Origin: Candidatus Heimdallarchaeota archaeon
GTDB lineage: Archaea > Asgardarchaeota > Heimdallarchaeia > JABLTI01
Assembly: GCA_019058275.1 (NCBI GenBank)
Contig: JAHLVW010000094.1
Location: forward strand, 1 to 64,000
DNA: 64,000 bases
Direction of reading: 5' to 3'
Position 1 is the first letter of the stretch; each line of letters opens with the position of its first letter. Shown here piece after piece: positions 39,001 to 48,603 of the stretch. The notes under the pieces are model-generated. The model was given only the letters and a program-made list of their open reading frames with translations, was not told the origin of the DNA and did not search any database. Position numbers and translations under genes: made by a program.

Positions 39001-39567
39001 TTGACATATTTATTATCATTCCAAGTTACAGAAAAATATGATCCAACAAGAAAAGAGATTGGATTAAAGGTTTCAATAAGTGGATTTAAAGATTTTAAGA
39101 GTGCAAAGGTTAAATTTGCTGCATTCCCACCACAAGACAAAACTTTTTCCAAAACTGGCGCTTTGACGTTCACAGCTATTGGTCATCCAGGTAATAATAC
39201 TCTGGAAATTGTTGATCCTAAGAAGAGCAAAGTTTTGCAATTGATAGGTTCATTGAATGGGAATATCTTTACAGACGGAGATAAGGGGCAAGAAATAATT
39301 ATTACACACAAATCAAAAAAGGCTCAAATAGAGTTTAAAAAGGTCGCTAAACTAAAATTGGAAATAATACGTTTAGATGCTTCTCCAAAAATTTCATTGT
39401 TTTTTGGACTCGATCCTGAAACAAATCAGCAAATATACACTAAAAAAACAGACAAGAGAGGTTCTTTCAAAGAAGAAATAACTGGTGTAATGTCTGATAA
39501 GCATGAAGTAAAAGTATTAACTGGTCAGATGAGCAAGATTTGTTCGATTAAACCACCTGAACCTTAA
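39001..39567 (+). CDS. Hypothetical basic beta-rich protein
   Basis: 188-aa ORF, TTG start after AGGGGT. Confidence 0.65.
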   Translation: MTYLLSFQVTEKYDPTRKEIGLKVSISGFKDFKSAKVKFAAFPPQDKTFSKTGALTFTAIGHPGNNTLEIVDPKKSKVLQLIGSLNGNIFTDGDKGQEIIITHKSKKAQIEFKKVAKLKLEIIRLDASPKISLFFGLDPETNQQIYTKKTDKRGSFKEEITGVMSDKHEVKVLTGQMSKICSIKPPEP

Positions 39568-39667
39568 ACAAATTCTTTTAACAAATGCTTCATTTCCTTT
39601 TTATATTATCGATATCTATTTTTCATCTAATTTATAACTAAAGTCTATTTATTTCAGGTGAAAAAAA

Positions 39668-41083
39668 TTGGATGAAAGCCTATATCAAAAAATCTTTGAA
39701 ATGGCTTCAAAAGAAAATACTACTTATGCTGATATCCGAGATGAAGATTCACTATACACATCAATAGAAGTAATCGATGGAAAAGTACAATCATCTTCTG
39801 TCGGATCAGAAGCAGGTATTGGAATAAGATTGTTAATTGATGGGGCTTTTGGGTTTGCCTTTGGATCCAAGGAGCACTACAAAGAAGTTTTTAATATGGC
39901 ACTAAGTGCACAAAAAACATCTAAAAAACTCTCAAAGGATAATGTCGAACTCGCTCCCGTAAAAACAATCAAAGATAATGTTGTAATTAAACAGAAAAAA
40001 CCTGCTCAAGATGTACCTTTTGAAGAGAAGATGAAACTAGTTTTAGACGCAGACAGTATGTTACGTGATGAGGAAAATAAAATCAAATCAACAAGAACAA
40101 TTTATGTTGATGTATTGAGAAGACAGACACTTGCAACTTTAGAAGGAACACTGATTTATGAGGAAAGACCTTATACTAATTTCTATATGGTGCCCACAGC
40201 TCGAAAGGGTACAGAAACAAATCAGGGTTTAGGACGTGCTGGTCATGTAGGAGGTTTTGAGCTCTTTGATATGGTTGATATCAAGAAAAGAGCAGAGGAA
40301 ACAATGATTCGAACTATAAAGGGTTTAGAAGCTAAGAAAATCAAACCAGGAAAATATCCTGTTGTTTTTGATGGATCAATAAATTTCCTGTTTGCACATG
40401 AAGCAGCAGGACATAGCGCAGAAGCTGATTTTCTCAGAGCAGCAGGAGTATTAAGAGGAAAACTAAACAAGAAACTCGCTCCTAATTTTGTTAATCTTGT
40501 GGATGACGGAACACTCGAGTATGTTCTTAGCTACAAATCCAGAACTTTTGGGTTTATGCATTATGATGATGAAGGCGTACCTGTTGAACGAACCGAAATC
40601 ATAAAAGATGGAACATTAAAAACCTATCTTACAGATAGAACAAACGCCACTTATTTCAATCTCAAACCAACAGGAAATTGTCGAGCTGAATATTTCTCGA
40701 GTATACCAATTGTTCGTATGCGAAATACTTTCTTAGAAGCATCAAAAGGAAAGGACTTTTCTGAAGATGAACTATTGGAACTTGTTAAAAATGGTGCTTT
40801 GCTAAAACGAGGTGGTGGAGGACAAGTAGATCTCATAAGAGGTACATTTAATTTTGGAGTTTCTGAAGTTTTTGAGATAAAAAATGGAGAAATTAGTGAT
40901 GTTCGTAGAGCAACAACCCTAATAGGTAATACTCTCGAGACATTGGGAAAACTAATGGGAATCTCTAACAAAATGTCAGACCCATCTGCGAATACCGGAT
41001 TTTGCGGAAAAAGTGGTCAACGTGCTCCTACAGGCACTGGTGGTGGTTGGTGTGCTGTAAAAGTTATGACTATTGGGGGTTAA
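39668..41083 (+). CDS. tldD: TldD metalloprotease subunit
   Basis: HEAAGH zinc motif, YDDEG, GN.RA......P..RM.NT, FCGK.GQ. Confidence 0.93.
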   Translation: MDESLYQKIFEMASKENTTYADIRDEDSLYTSIEVIDGKVQSSSVGSEAGIGIRLLIDGAFGFAFGSKEHYKEVFNMALSAQKTSKKLSKDNVELAPVKTIKDNVVIKQKKPAQDVPFEEKMKLVLDADSMLRDEENKIKSTRTIYVDVLRRQTLATLEGTLIYEERPYTNFYMVPTARKGTETNQGLGRAGHVGGFELFDMVDIKKRAEETMIRTIKGLEAKKIKPGKYPVVFDGSINFLFAHEAAGHSAEADFLRAAGVLRGKLNKKLAPNFVNLVDDGTLEYVLSYKSRTFGFMHYDDEGVPVERTEIIKDGTLKTYLTDRTNATYFNLKPTGNCRAEYFSSIPIVRMRNTFLEASKGKDFSEDELLELVKNGALLKRGGGGQVDLIRGTFNFGVSEVFEIKNGEISDVRRATTLIGNTLETLGKLMGISNKMSDPSANTGFCGKSGQRAPTGTGGGWCAVKVMTIGG

Positions 41084-41086
41084 AAA

Positions 41087-42544
41087 ATGGTTGAATACTA
41101 CTCATTAGATAAAGCACTTGATTATGGACTCAAATTCGCCAAGAAAATCGGTGCTGAACAAGTGGAAGGATTTAGTAGTAATGCTAGAGAAATTGAACTA
41201 AGTGTAGAAAAGAAATTACCTAGTTTAACTAATGGTATCTCAACTGGAGTTTCATTCCGTGTAACTACTAAAAACAATCAAGGTTTTGGTTTTACAAAAA
41301 CACTTACAAAGGAACGAATTGAATCTACCATTAAAGCAGTACTACAAAATGCAAAATCAAAGGGAAAAGATCCTGATTTCAAGACATTACCTTTACCCTC
41401 AAAGAAACCAGCAATTGATATACCATTTGATAAACAACTAGAATCTTTAACTTCTGATATGTTAGCTGATGATACTGCTGATTTAATTGATACGATAAAT
41501 GATGTCAAAAACCTACATTTCTTGCAAAGCCAAATGTTTCTTGTAGTTCAGGAAAATCGTTTAGTTAATTCTAACGGTATTGATATCCCAACTAAAAGTG
41601 GTGCTATAGGTGGAATAGCTGCTGCTATAACCACAAAAGGATTAATTCCTAACTATTCTTTCGTCGTCAAAGGTGGAAATACAAAGGCAATGTTCAAAGC
41701 AGAAGAGCTTGCTCAAGAAGCTATTGTTCAAATACAACGAGCAGCAGCTCCTAAAACTATGAACTTTGAGAAAGAAGTTCCAATTATTCTTGAACCTGAG
41801 GCTACCATTGGAGTTCTTGGTGGTTTGTTTAGGTTATTAATGAACCAATTACAAGGTAATAATGTTGCCTCTGGAGCAACACCTTACTCCGATCAAGTAG
41901 GCAATCAAGTTGCTGTCGAAGGATTAACTCTAATTGACAATGGATTAAATGTGAATAAAATTTCTAGCTCATCTTATGATGACGAAGGTATACCTCGAGA
42001 GGAGACAGTTTTAATCGACAAAGGTATTCTCAAAACCTATTTGCTTGATACTTACTATGGTAATAAGCTGGGATTGGAATCGAATGGAAAAAGCACACGT
42101 TCAGGTATGATGGGTTTTGGAGATCCTATTAAATCTGCGCCATCCATTGGCTCTACTAATGTAGAAATTCTGGGTGGGGATTCATCTAAAGATGAGATGA
42201 TTGCTGAAACTCGAGAAGGATTTATGCTTCGATCTCTCATGGGCTTACATATGTCTGATCAAAGCTCTGGCAGATTCTCAATCACAGGATTCGGTTGGTA
42301 CATCAAAAACGGAGAGGTAAAATACCCCGTTCAAGGTATCTCGATCTCGGGTATGTTACCTGAATTGATCAAAAATATCGATATGATTTCAAAAGAACGA
42401 GAATCTATGTTACTTGCTGATGCACCCTATATTCGCTTTGCTAACGTACCTGCAATAAGCAAGAAATTTGATTTCAAGACTCGACTTCTATTAAGCGTTG
42501 CAAAAACAATCTCATTAGTTACAGGTAAACATCCAGCGTTCTAA
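41087..42544 (+). CDS. tldE: TldE/PmbA subunit
   Basis: YDDEG, SNG, SG.FS motifs without HExxH; 3 bp downstream of tldD. Confidence 0.9.
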   Translation: MVEYYSLDKALDYGLKFAKKIGAEQVEGFSSNAREIELSVEKKLPSLTNGISTGVSFRVTTKNNQGFGFTKTLTKERIESTIKAVLQNAKSKGKDPDFKTLPLPSKKPAIDIPFDKQLESLTSDMLADDTADLIDTINDVKNLHFLQSQMFLVVQENRLVNSNGIDIPTKSGAIGGIAAAITTKGLIPNYSFVVKGGNTKAMFKAEELAQEAIVQIQRAAAPKTMNFEKEVPIILEPEATIGVLGGLFRLLMNQLQGNNVASGATPYSDQVGNQVAVEGLTLIDNGLNVNKISSSSYDDEGIPREETVLIDKGILKTYLLDTYYGNKLGLESNGKSTRSGMMGFGDPIKSAPSIGSTNVEILGGDSSKDEMIAETREGFMLRSLMGLHMSDQSSGRFSITGFGWYIKNGEVKYPVQGISISGMLPELIKNIDMISKERESMLLADAPYIRFANVPAISKKFDFKTRLLLSVAKTISLVTGKHPAF

Positions 42545-42665
42545 GTTGAGATTCCTGATGCAACTATTGACCTTCGAGTTTGTTATGACTATATAATCAA
42601 AGAAATGAATGACTTCGATGTTTTTACGTTAGACAGTACAGAAGGAATTTGCTAATTTGCAAAAA

Positions 42666-42698
42666 AGATAGTATTTTGTTTCAAAACAAATACTATCT
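42666..42698. terminator. Hairpin between convergent tldE and fen1
   Basis: AGATAGTATTT...AAATACTATCT inverted repeat. Confidence 0.5.
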
Positions 42699-42710
42699 AA
42701 GTATTTCTTT

Positions 42711-43769
42711 TTAAGATCCACCAAAAAACGAATCCAATGTAGGTTGCTTTTTCTCTTCTGCGACTTTCTTCAATGTCTTCTCGAGAGCATTTCGTACCCT
42801 TGTCTCAGAGAATCCTCTTTGTCCTGATAAGAAGTCAACTATACCATCAATATCTGGGGATTTCCAGTTTAAAGTATAATCACTTATAACTTCTGGTTTC
42901 AAGAATATATTCCTAATTGACTCAATATCAAAATCGATCTTTGCTTCTGCCATCTTTGGAAGCTTTAAGATATTTTCAAGTGTTTCATGTTCTTGTATTA
43001 ATTTTAAAGCTGTTTTTGGACCTATGCCTGAGACTCCAATTCCATTAGGATTAAAATCTGTGCCCAACAAAATTGCAATATCAATTAACTTTTCAACTGT
43101 TAGATCATTAGCTTTTAATGAGCGTTCAAGATCAATCAATTCAGGTTTAACCTCTACGTAGACATTCTTGCGTGGTAATTTTCGTTTTCCAGAGATTGTC
43201 AAATTCCTAACTAATTTTGGTGTTCCAAAAAGCAAGCTATCATAATCTTGAGAACAACTAGCCCATACATCTCCCTTCTTTGCCATCACAGCTGCTTGTC
43301 CTTCCCCTTCCATTGGTGCATGAATAACAGGAACACCCATTAATTGCAGAAGCTGTGTTGCATCTTTCAACATAGGTGTTGTTAACCGAGCAGTTCGCTG
43401 TGCGTATTTTTGAGCTAACTCCATATCCCCTCTTTCTAATGCTTCTTCATAAGCAACTTCTGCTTCCTTCTTTACTTGCTTTCTTCTAAAAACCTCTTTG
43501 GCTTTTTCTTCAGGGGGTTTTCCATCAAAAATGAAAACTACTTTAATGCCACTCCCAATGGATTTGGTTACCCTGTAAAGTAAACCGGAAAGGTGACTAG
43601 TAACATTGCCCTTTTCATCTGTTAGTAAACTACCATCGGATTGTCTAATTCTAGTCAAAAATTGATAGAGAATATTGTTTCCGTCAAAAGCAATTGCTTT
43701 ATCGCGAAAGAAATCAAACGAAACTTCTTGACGTTCAGGAATTAAATCTCCAAGCTTTGTTACACCCAT
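42711..43769 (-). CDS. fen1: Flap endonuclease 1
   Basis: MGV start, LYQFL..IR..DG..L.D..G..TSHL.G, EGEGQA, SQDYDSLLFG, GTDFN, GIGPKTA, C-terminal PIP box QPTLDSFF. Confidence 0.97.
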   Translation of the reverse strand: MGVTKLGDLIPERQEVSFDFFRDKAIAFDGNNILYQFLTRIRQSDGSLLTDEKGNVTSHLSGLLYRVTKSIGSGIKVVFIFDGKPPEEKAKEVFRRKQVKKEAEVAYEEALERGDMELAQKYAQRTARLTTPMLKDATQLLQLMGVPVIHAPMEGEGQAAVMAKKGDVWASCSQDYDSLLFGTPKLVRNLTISGKRKLPRKNVYVEVKPELIDLERSLKANDLTVEKLIDIAILLGTDFNPNGIGVSGIGPKTALKLIQEHETLENILKLPKMAEAKIDFDIESIRNIFLKPEVISDYTLNWKSPDIDGIVDFLSGQRGFSETRVRNALEKTLKKVAEEKKQPTLDSFFGGS

Positions 43770-43890
43770 TGATAATGTTCTCCAAAATGTAACTTTCAAA
43801 CATGAACTATTAATATTTCCAATGCTATTTTCTTAAAGAGTTTTGTATAATTGATTGATTAAATTTTAATGCTTGAACATAGTATAGAAC

Positions 43891-44223
43891 TTGGGGAATG
43901 CGTTGCAAGAAACAAATTACAATAAACTAGTACGAGATAAAATCCCATCTATAATTCTGGCTGATGGACGTAAACCTAAAACTAAGAAAATCGAATCAGA
44001 TGAAGAACTCAAAATTCTCTTAGCAGACAAACTGATTGAAGAATCACATGAATATCTGAATAATAAGAAAATCGAAGAACTTGCAGATATTATGGAAATA
44101 ATTCTTACTATCCTGAAAATAGAAAATATTGACTTATCTGATTTTGAAAGAATGAGACTTGAAAAGAAAAGGGATAGAGGAGGATTTGACGAACAAATTT
44201 ATCTAATCTCTGTGCTAGATTAG
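43891..44223 (+). CDS. All-alpha NTP pyrophosphatase (MazG/PRA-PH-like house-cleaning family)
   Basis: YNKLVRDKIP, KL.EE..E, EELADI.E, R.EK...RGGF. Confidence 0.88.
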   Translation: MGNALQETNYNKLVRDKIPSIILADGRKPKTKKIESDEELKILLADKLIEESHEYLNNKKIEELADIMEIILTILKIENIDLSDFERMRLEKKRDRGGFDEQIYLISVLD

Positions 44224-44368
44224 TTTAAATCAAACTTCTCATGTAAAAATTACTTTAAGTTAACTCTCTTGAAATAACCTTCTTTTGATTGACTACTCCA
44301 TCATTTTCCCTAGAACCTTGTACAGAACCAAATGATTTCCTTGAGATGATTGGAAGACCAATTAAAAA

Positions 44369-44734
44369 CTATAGTGATCCTTCTATTACATTGGTTTGTA
44401 ATTTAAGATCTGATAGAAATTCCATTAATTGGTTGTTAACTTTGCTTTGAAAGTCATTCCATTTTTCCTCTTCATCTTGTGGAATATCTTCCCATGAAAT
44501 CACGTAATTATTAACTTCTGGTCTGTGGTTCGTATGAAAATTGTATAACCGAACATGGATTGCCTTCAAATGTTTTGGATCATCAGCGAAACAATTAGCG
44601 AAATATTCCAAAGAATAAGTGATAACTTTGCTATTCTTAATTTGTTTACTGAACTCCTCGCGACTATCCATTATTTTCTTTATAGAACTACTAAACCTCG
44701 GAGGTTTTTCAACAATCGTTGTCAAAACTTTCAC
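44369..44734 (-). CDS. Hypothetical protein
   Basis: 121-aa ORF; the AGGTGA Shine-Dalgarno sequence suggests a TTG start at 44725. Confidence 0.6.
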   Translation of the reverse strand: MKVLTTIVEKPPRFSSSIKKIMDSREEFSKQIKNSKVITYSLEYFANCFADDPKHLKAIHVRLYNFHTNHRPEVNNYVISWEDIPQDEEEKWNDFQSKVNNQLMEFLSDLKLQTNVIEGSL

Positions 44735-44977
44735 CTGCTACAAAATCAATATTTTCTCTTTACCCCCTCCCCTTGATTTCCAGTGGAACTCGAAATAAAG
44801 GGAGATACCTCTATGGGGCTAACTAGGCTAATACTGATTAAATAACTTATATAATTAATCATCTATAAGTATTTCGGTTCATCTATATTTTTAAGGTACT
44901 ATCTATATATTACATCAATAGTATATACTTTTAAATAGCAAGTTGAATGTATATACAATCAACAAAACAAAAAACTG

Positions 44978-45301
44978 GTGTTGATTAAGAAAATGATAAC
45001 AATTCAAGAAACCCAAGACAAACTCTTGGATCTGATTAACTCTCGATTATCTGTAAGACAATTGGAAACCCCTGGAGTTCAAAACCCAATGCGAATGCTT
45101 GGTGAAAGAATGCTAAACATGTTCGCAGGACAAATGATCTCAGATTCAATGATGGCTGAACAAAAAGAAGACATCAAGGAAGAACTTTTAGAAACTGTGA
45201 TGAGCTCATTAGCCTTAGCTGGTTTGCTAGGAATAGATCTTCAACGAGAATTAATGGATGCAATAGCATTACTCGAACAAGTTACTGCAGAAGGAGCTTA
45301 A
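44978..45301 (+). CDS. Small helical protein, degenerate MazG-like
   Basis: IKEELLETVMSSLALAGLLGIDLQREL resembles the MazG EEL.D.....LA..LGIDL segment but lacks the Asp. Confidence 0.55.
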   Translation: MLIKKMITIQETQDKLLDLINSRLSVRQLETPGVQNPMRMLGERMLNMFAGQMISDSMMAEQKEDIKEELLETVMSSLALAGLLGIDLQRELMDAIALLEQVTAEGA

Positions 45302-45537
45302 TCCTTAATTTTCTTATTGAAAATTCTTTAGGATTAAAGTTCCTCATAGTTTGTTTATTTAATAGAATTAAAATTTAGGTCTTAGTTTTAGTTGGAAACT
45401 AATAATTCAGCATTTACTTTTAATATTGACTTCAATTACTATTTGTTGAATCTTATCGTCTATCAAAAAACTTAAAGAAAGAACACAACACATAATTTAA
45501 GATAATAAGATACAATTACCATTTTGGAAGTAGACAA

Positions 45538-47031
45538 ATGTCTGATAATATTAACGTTCCAATACGTATGTTAGTCTTCACATCCCCGGATTGCTATGCA
45601 TGTCCTGATGTTGAACGAATTGTCCACAAACATGTAGGTACTTACTATTCCGATATGTGCCATATTAGTACGATAGATGTGCAGCAACAACCAAAGATTG
45701 CTGAAAAGTACAATGTGAGGACGTTGCCAACTGTTATGATTGACGATGAAATTGTTCTTCAAGGTTTAGTCACTGAGAGTGACATCAGAGACTTATTATG
45801 GCAGCAAGTAACTGGATCGATGATGGATAGAGAAGAGTCATTTGATGCAAGAAAGGAAACTCTTCTTACAATAAGCAAAAACAGTTTTGACTCATTACTG
45901 AATGAGGATTTCATCAGACCCAATATTGGTGATTATATTCATGTTGGTGTTATGCAACAAATGATGGTTTCACTTGTTGCGCTAGACAAACTTGTTCCTC
46001 AACTCCTTTATCAAGCAGGGAAGGATGTTGGATTGTATGGTGTTGGTACTTATCTTATGATTACTTTAAATCCAAATATTGGAACCGAGTTTAGGGCTAA
46101 AGAAAGATTTGAGGAAGTAATTAATGGCTTAGTAAAATACTTCTCAGACAATGAAACTATCAATATTCCAATGAAACTAGCAGATTCTGCTAAAATAGTT
46201 AAGATTAAAGATGACTTAGCAATTTTAAGAATTACTGGGTTAGCAAGTGCATGTGGTGCACCTTTTGTTGGCGAACCTTTGTGCCATTTTTCAGCTGGTG
46301 AAATGGCAGGCATAACTCAAGCCTTAACTGGAAAAGATTGTATTGTTCATGAGTCGAAATGCATCGGTTTGGGTCATGAGTACTGTGAATTCGAAATACA
46401 CGTTTCAGATGAACCGATAAGTAGAAGTCAAAGAGAAAGTAAAGAAGAATATATAGTAGAAGATCGTAGTCAGCACTTCCAAGGAATCTTACATGATATT
46501 TCAAGAAGGTTACATGAATCCTTCATTAGTCCAAAAGATGTTTTTAACAGAGGAAATATCAGTAATGAAGTGCATTTTACCAAGCTCCAGCAAGCAATTG
46601 TGAATATTAAAATGGCTGATCCATTTTCTGGTGCATTACTATATGCAGCAGGAAGACAGTTAGGCATTTTTGGTCCAGGAAGGGATATACTCCAGCGATA
46701 TTTAGAAGATGAAAATTATTCTTGGCCATTAACACTCGATCAATCTTTACATGTTCTGAATAAATTCTTTCATTTTGGGATGATGCAGGCAGCAAAAGAA
46801 CGAGCCGATGTCAAAATTATCGAAGAAGATGGAGTATTAAAAGTAAGAATTTTCGAATGTGCGATGTCATCTGGAGCAATTGATTCAGGTACCACTTTTT
46901 GTGACTTCATGGCTGGATATATTGCTGGTCGAATACAAATCTTGACCAGTAAAGATTGCATTGTCAATGAAACGAAATGTCATGGTCTTGGTCATAAATT
47001 CTGTGAGTTTGAAATTTCTTTTGTTGAATAA
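45538..47031 (+). CDS. Thioredoxin-V4R-V4R fusion protein
   Basis: N-terminal FTSPDCYACP and cis-Pro TLPT; two V4R domains each ending C...C.F.AG..AG...E.KC...G...CEF. Confidence 0.85.
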   Translation: MSDNINVPIRMLVFTSPDCYACPDVERIVHKHVGTYYSDMCHISTIDVQQQPKIAEKYNVRTLPTVMIDDEIVLQGLVTESDIRDLLWQQVTGSMMDREESFDARKETLLTISKNSFDSLLNEDFIRPNIGDYIHVGVMQQMMVSLVALDKLVPQLLYQAGKDVGLYGVGTYLMITLNPNIGTEFRAKERFEEVINGLVKYFSDNETINIPMKLADSAKIVKIKDDLAILRITGLASACGAPFVGEPLCHFSAGEMAGITQALTGKDCIVHESKCIGLGHEYCEFEIHVSDEPISRSQRESKEEYIVEDRSQHFQGILHDISRRLHESFISPKDVFNRGNISNEVHFTKLQQAIVNIKMADPFSGALLYAAGRQLGIFGPGRDILQRYLEDENYSWPLTLDQSLHVLNKFFHFGMMQAAKERADVKIIEEDGVLKVRIFECAMSSGAIDSGTTFCDFMAGYIAGRIQILTSKDCIVNETKCHGLGHKFCEFEISFVE

Positions 47032-47054
47032 ATGATTCATTGGAGATGTAATCT

Positions 47055-47543
47055 ATTAGCAAGAAGAAATCAAAAAGCAAATCATTAGCAATTGGTGACA
47101 AGGCACCATTATTTTCTTTACCAAACAAAGCTGGCGAAACAATCAAATTGGAAGATTATATTGGTAAAAAGGTACTAGTAGTTTATTTTTATCCAAAAAA
47201 TGAAACTGATGGATGCACAACTGAAGCTTGCACATTTAGAGATCGTTATGAACTTTTTACAAAAGCTAATGCAGAAGTTATAGGTATTAGCGGTGATTCA
47301 TTAGAATCGCATACTGATTTTTCCTCAAAATACAAACTACCTTTCATTTTGCTAAGTGACAGTGATAATAAAGTAAGAAAGCTCTATGATGTTAAGGCAA
47401 CCTTTGGATTAATTCCGGGACGAGTAACTTATATCATTGATAGAAAAGGAATTATCCAACAAATCTTTGTTTCTCAATTTAATCCAAAGAAGCATGTTGA
47501 TGAAGCTCTTAGGGTTATTGCTGAGATCAATAAAGAAAACTAA
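47055..47543 (+). CDS. bcp: Peroxiredoxin BCP/PrxQ
   Basis: L.IGD.AP.F.LP N-terminus, YFYPK..T.GCT.EAC.FRD, RVTYIID; start extended to ATT 47055. Confidence 0.93.
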   Translation: MSKKKSKSKSLAIGDKAPLFSLPNKAGETIKLEDYIGKKVLVVYFYPKNETDGCTTEACTFRDRYELFTKANAEVIGISGDSLESHTDFSSKYKLPFILLSDSDNKVRKLYDVKATFGLIPGRVTYIIDRKGIIQQIFVSQFNPKKHVDEALRVIAEINKEN

Positions 47544-47646
47544 AGTATCCCTTTTAATTAATGAATTATTGTTTTAGAGGTAGAAACAATATTTAAATTT
47601 GTTATTAATAAAACAACTTGGGATTATTGTCGAGTTCAAAAAGTGA

Positions 47647-48540
47647 ATGATTATGCCCTCTGAAACTAAAGGTAAACAGAATAATGAAGAATTAGAACAA
47701 GAAGAGGTTGACAAAGAAGAAGAAAAGAAATGGGAACCACCAGAACTACCTCGCTATCTTAGAATTATCTTAACAGTTATTGCAAATACAATAACTTTGC
47801 TCAACTTCGCAAGTGGAGTAACAGCAATAATACTAGTATCAATAGATCCAAGAAATTACCTATATGCATTATGGACTGCAAGGCTTGTTCTACTTGCAAT
47901 CATATTTGATTTTACAGATGGCATACCTGCAAGATTAGCAAAGAAGAAACCAGGATTCTTTGGCACATTTGTTGATTCTGCAGCAGATACAGTATCATTT
48001 GGTCTAGCACCAGCAGTTATGATTTCTTTAAGTTTGCCAATATTAAATACTGTAAGTACTGCTCACTTCATTCAAGCAATTTTTTCAATAATTGTAGGAT
48101 TGTATTTTGGTTTCTGTACAATCTTTAGATTGATAAGATTTACAAAAGAATCCAGCAAAAAATGGTTTAAAGGAATTCCCTCACCAGGTGCAGGTTGTGC
48201 AGCAGCTTGTTATATTATAATTAAATTATTCATTGAAGAACAAGTAGAATCCACTTCTATTGCGACACCCATTGTTGGATTAATACTAATGATATTGACA
48301 GGAACAATGATGATAGTGACAATAAGGTATCCAACTACAAAGTTACCAAAGAATTTCTTAGAGGTTTTTCTTTTAGGATTAGCTGCTGTAACCATTGTAG
48401 CTTGTGTAGCTACTCCTTTAACTTATGTCATTTATCCAGCTGCATTAATGGCAGCGCTAACTATCTTTTACGTCCTGTATGGACCATTTTATCTGGTAAA
48501 ACACATGCTAGTACGAGCAAAAGCTGCAGAAGATTACTAA
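47647..48540 (+). CDS. pssA: CDP-alcohol phosphatidyltransferase (PssA/archaetidylserine synthase-like)
   Basis: AN.ITL.N, D..DG..AR.......G...DS.AD..SFG.APA, RL.RF, F.GIPSP. Confidence 0.88.
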   Translation: MIMPSETKGKQNNEELEQEEVDKEEEKKWEPPELPRYLRIILTVIANTITLLNFASGVTAIILVSIDPRNYLYALWTARLVLLAIIFDFTDGIPARLAKKKPGFFGTFVDSAADTVSFGLAPAVMISLSLPILNTVSTAHFIQAIFSIIVGLYFGFCTIFRLIRFTKESSKKWFKGIPSPGAGCAAACYIIIKLFIEEQVESTSIATPIVGLILMILTGTMMIVTIRYPTTKLPKNFLEVFLLGLAAVTIVACVATPLTYVIYPAALMAALTIFYVLYGPFYLVKHMLVRAKAAEDY

Positions 48541-48603
48541 TTGCCATATAACAAAGGTTTTCAAATAAGTTAGTATAGAATAACAAGAAAGATACTTGCT
48601 TAT

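Noticed and set aside
38561-42544. RiPP biosynthetic cluster around tldD/tldE
   Set aside because: No precursor peptide, YcaO or radical SAM gene nearby; tldDE pairs are widespread housekeeping genes in archaea
42546-42655. Short open stretch VEIPDATIDLRVCYDYIIKEMNDFDVF after tldE, faintly like a HEPN/DUF86 C-terminus
   Set aside because: No start codon, too short, and the similarity is too weak to support
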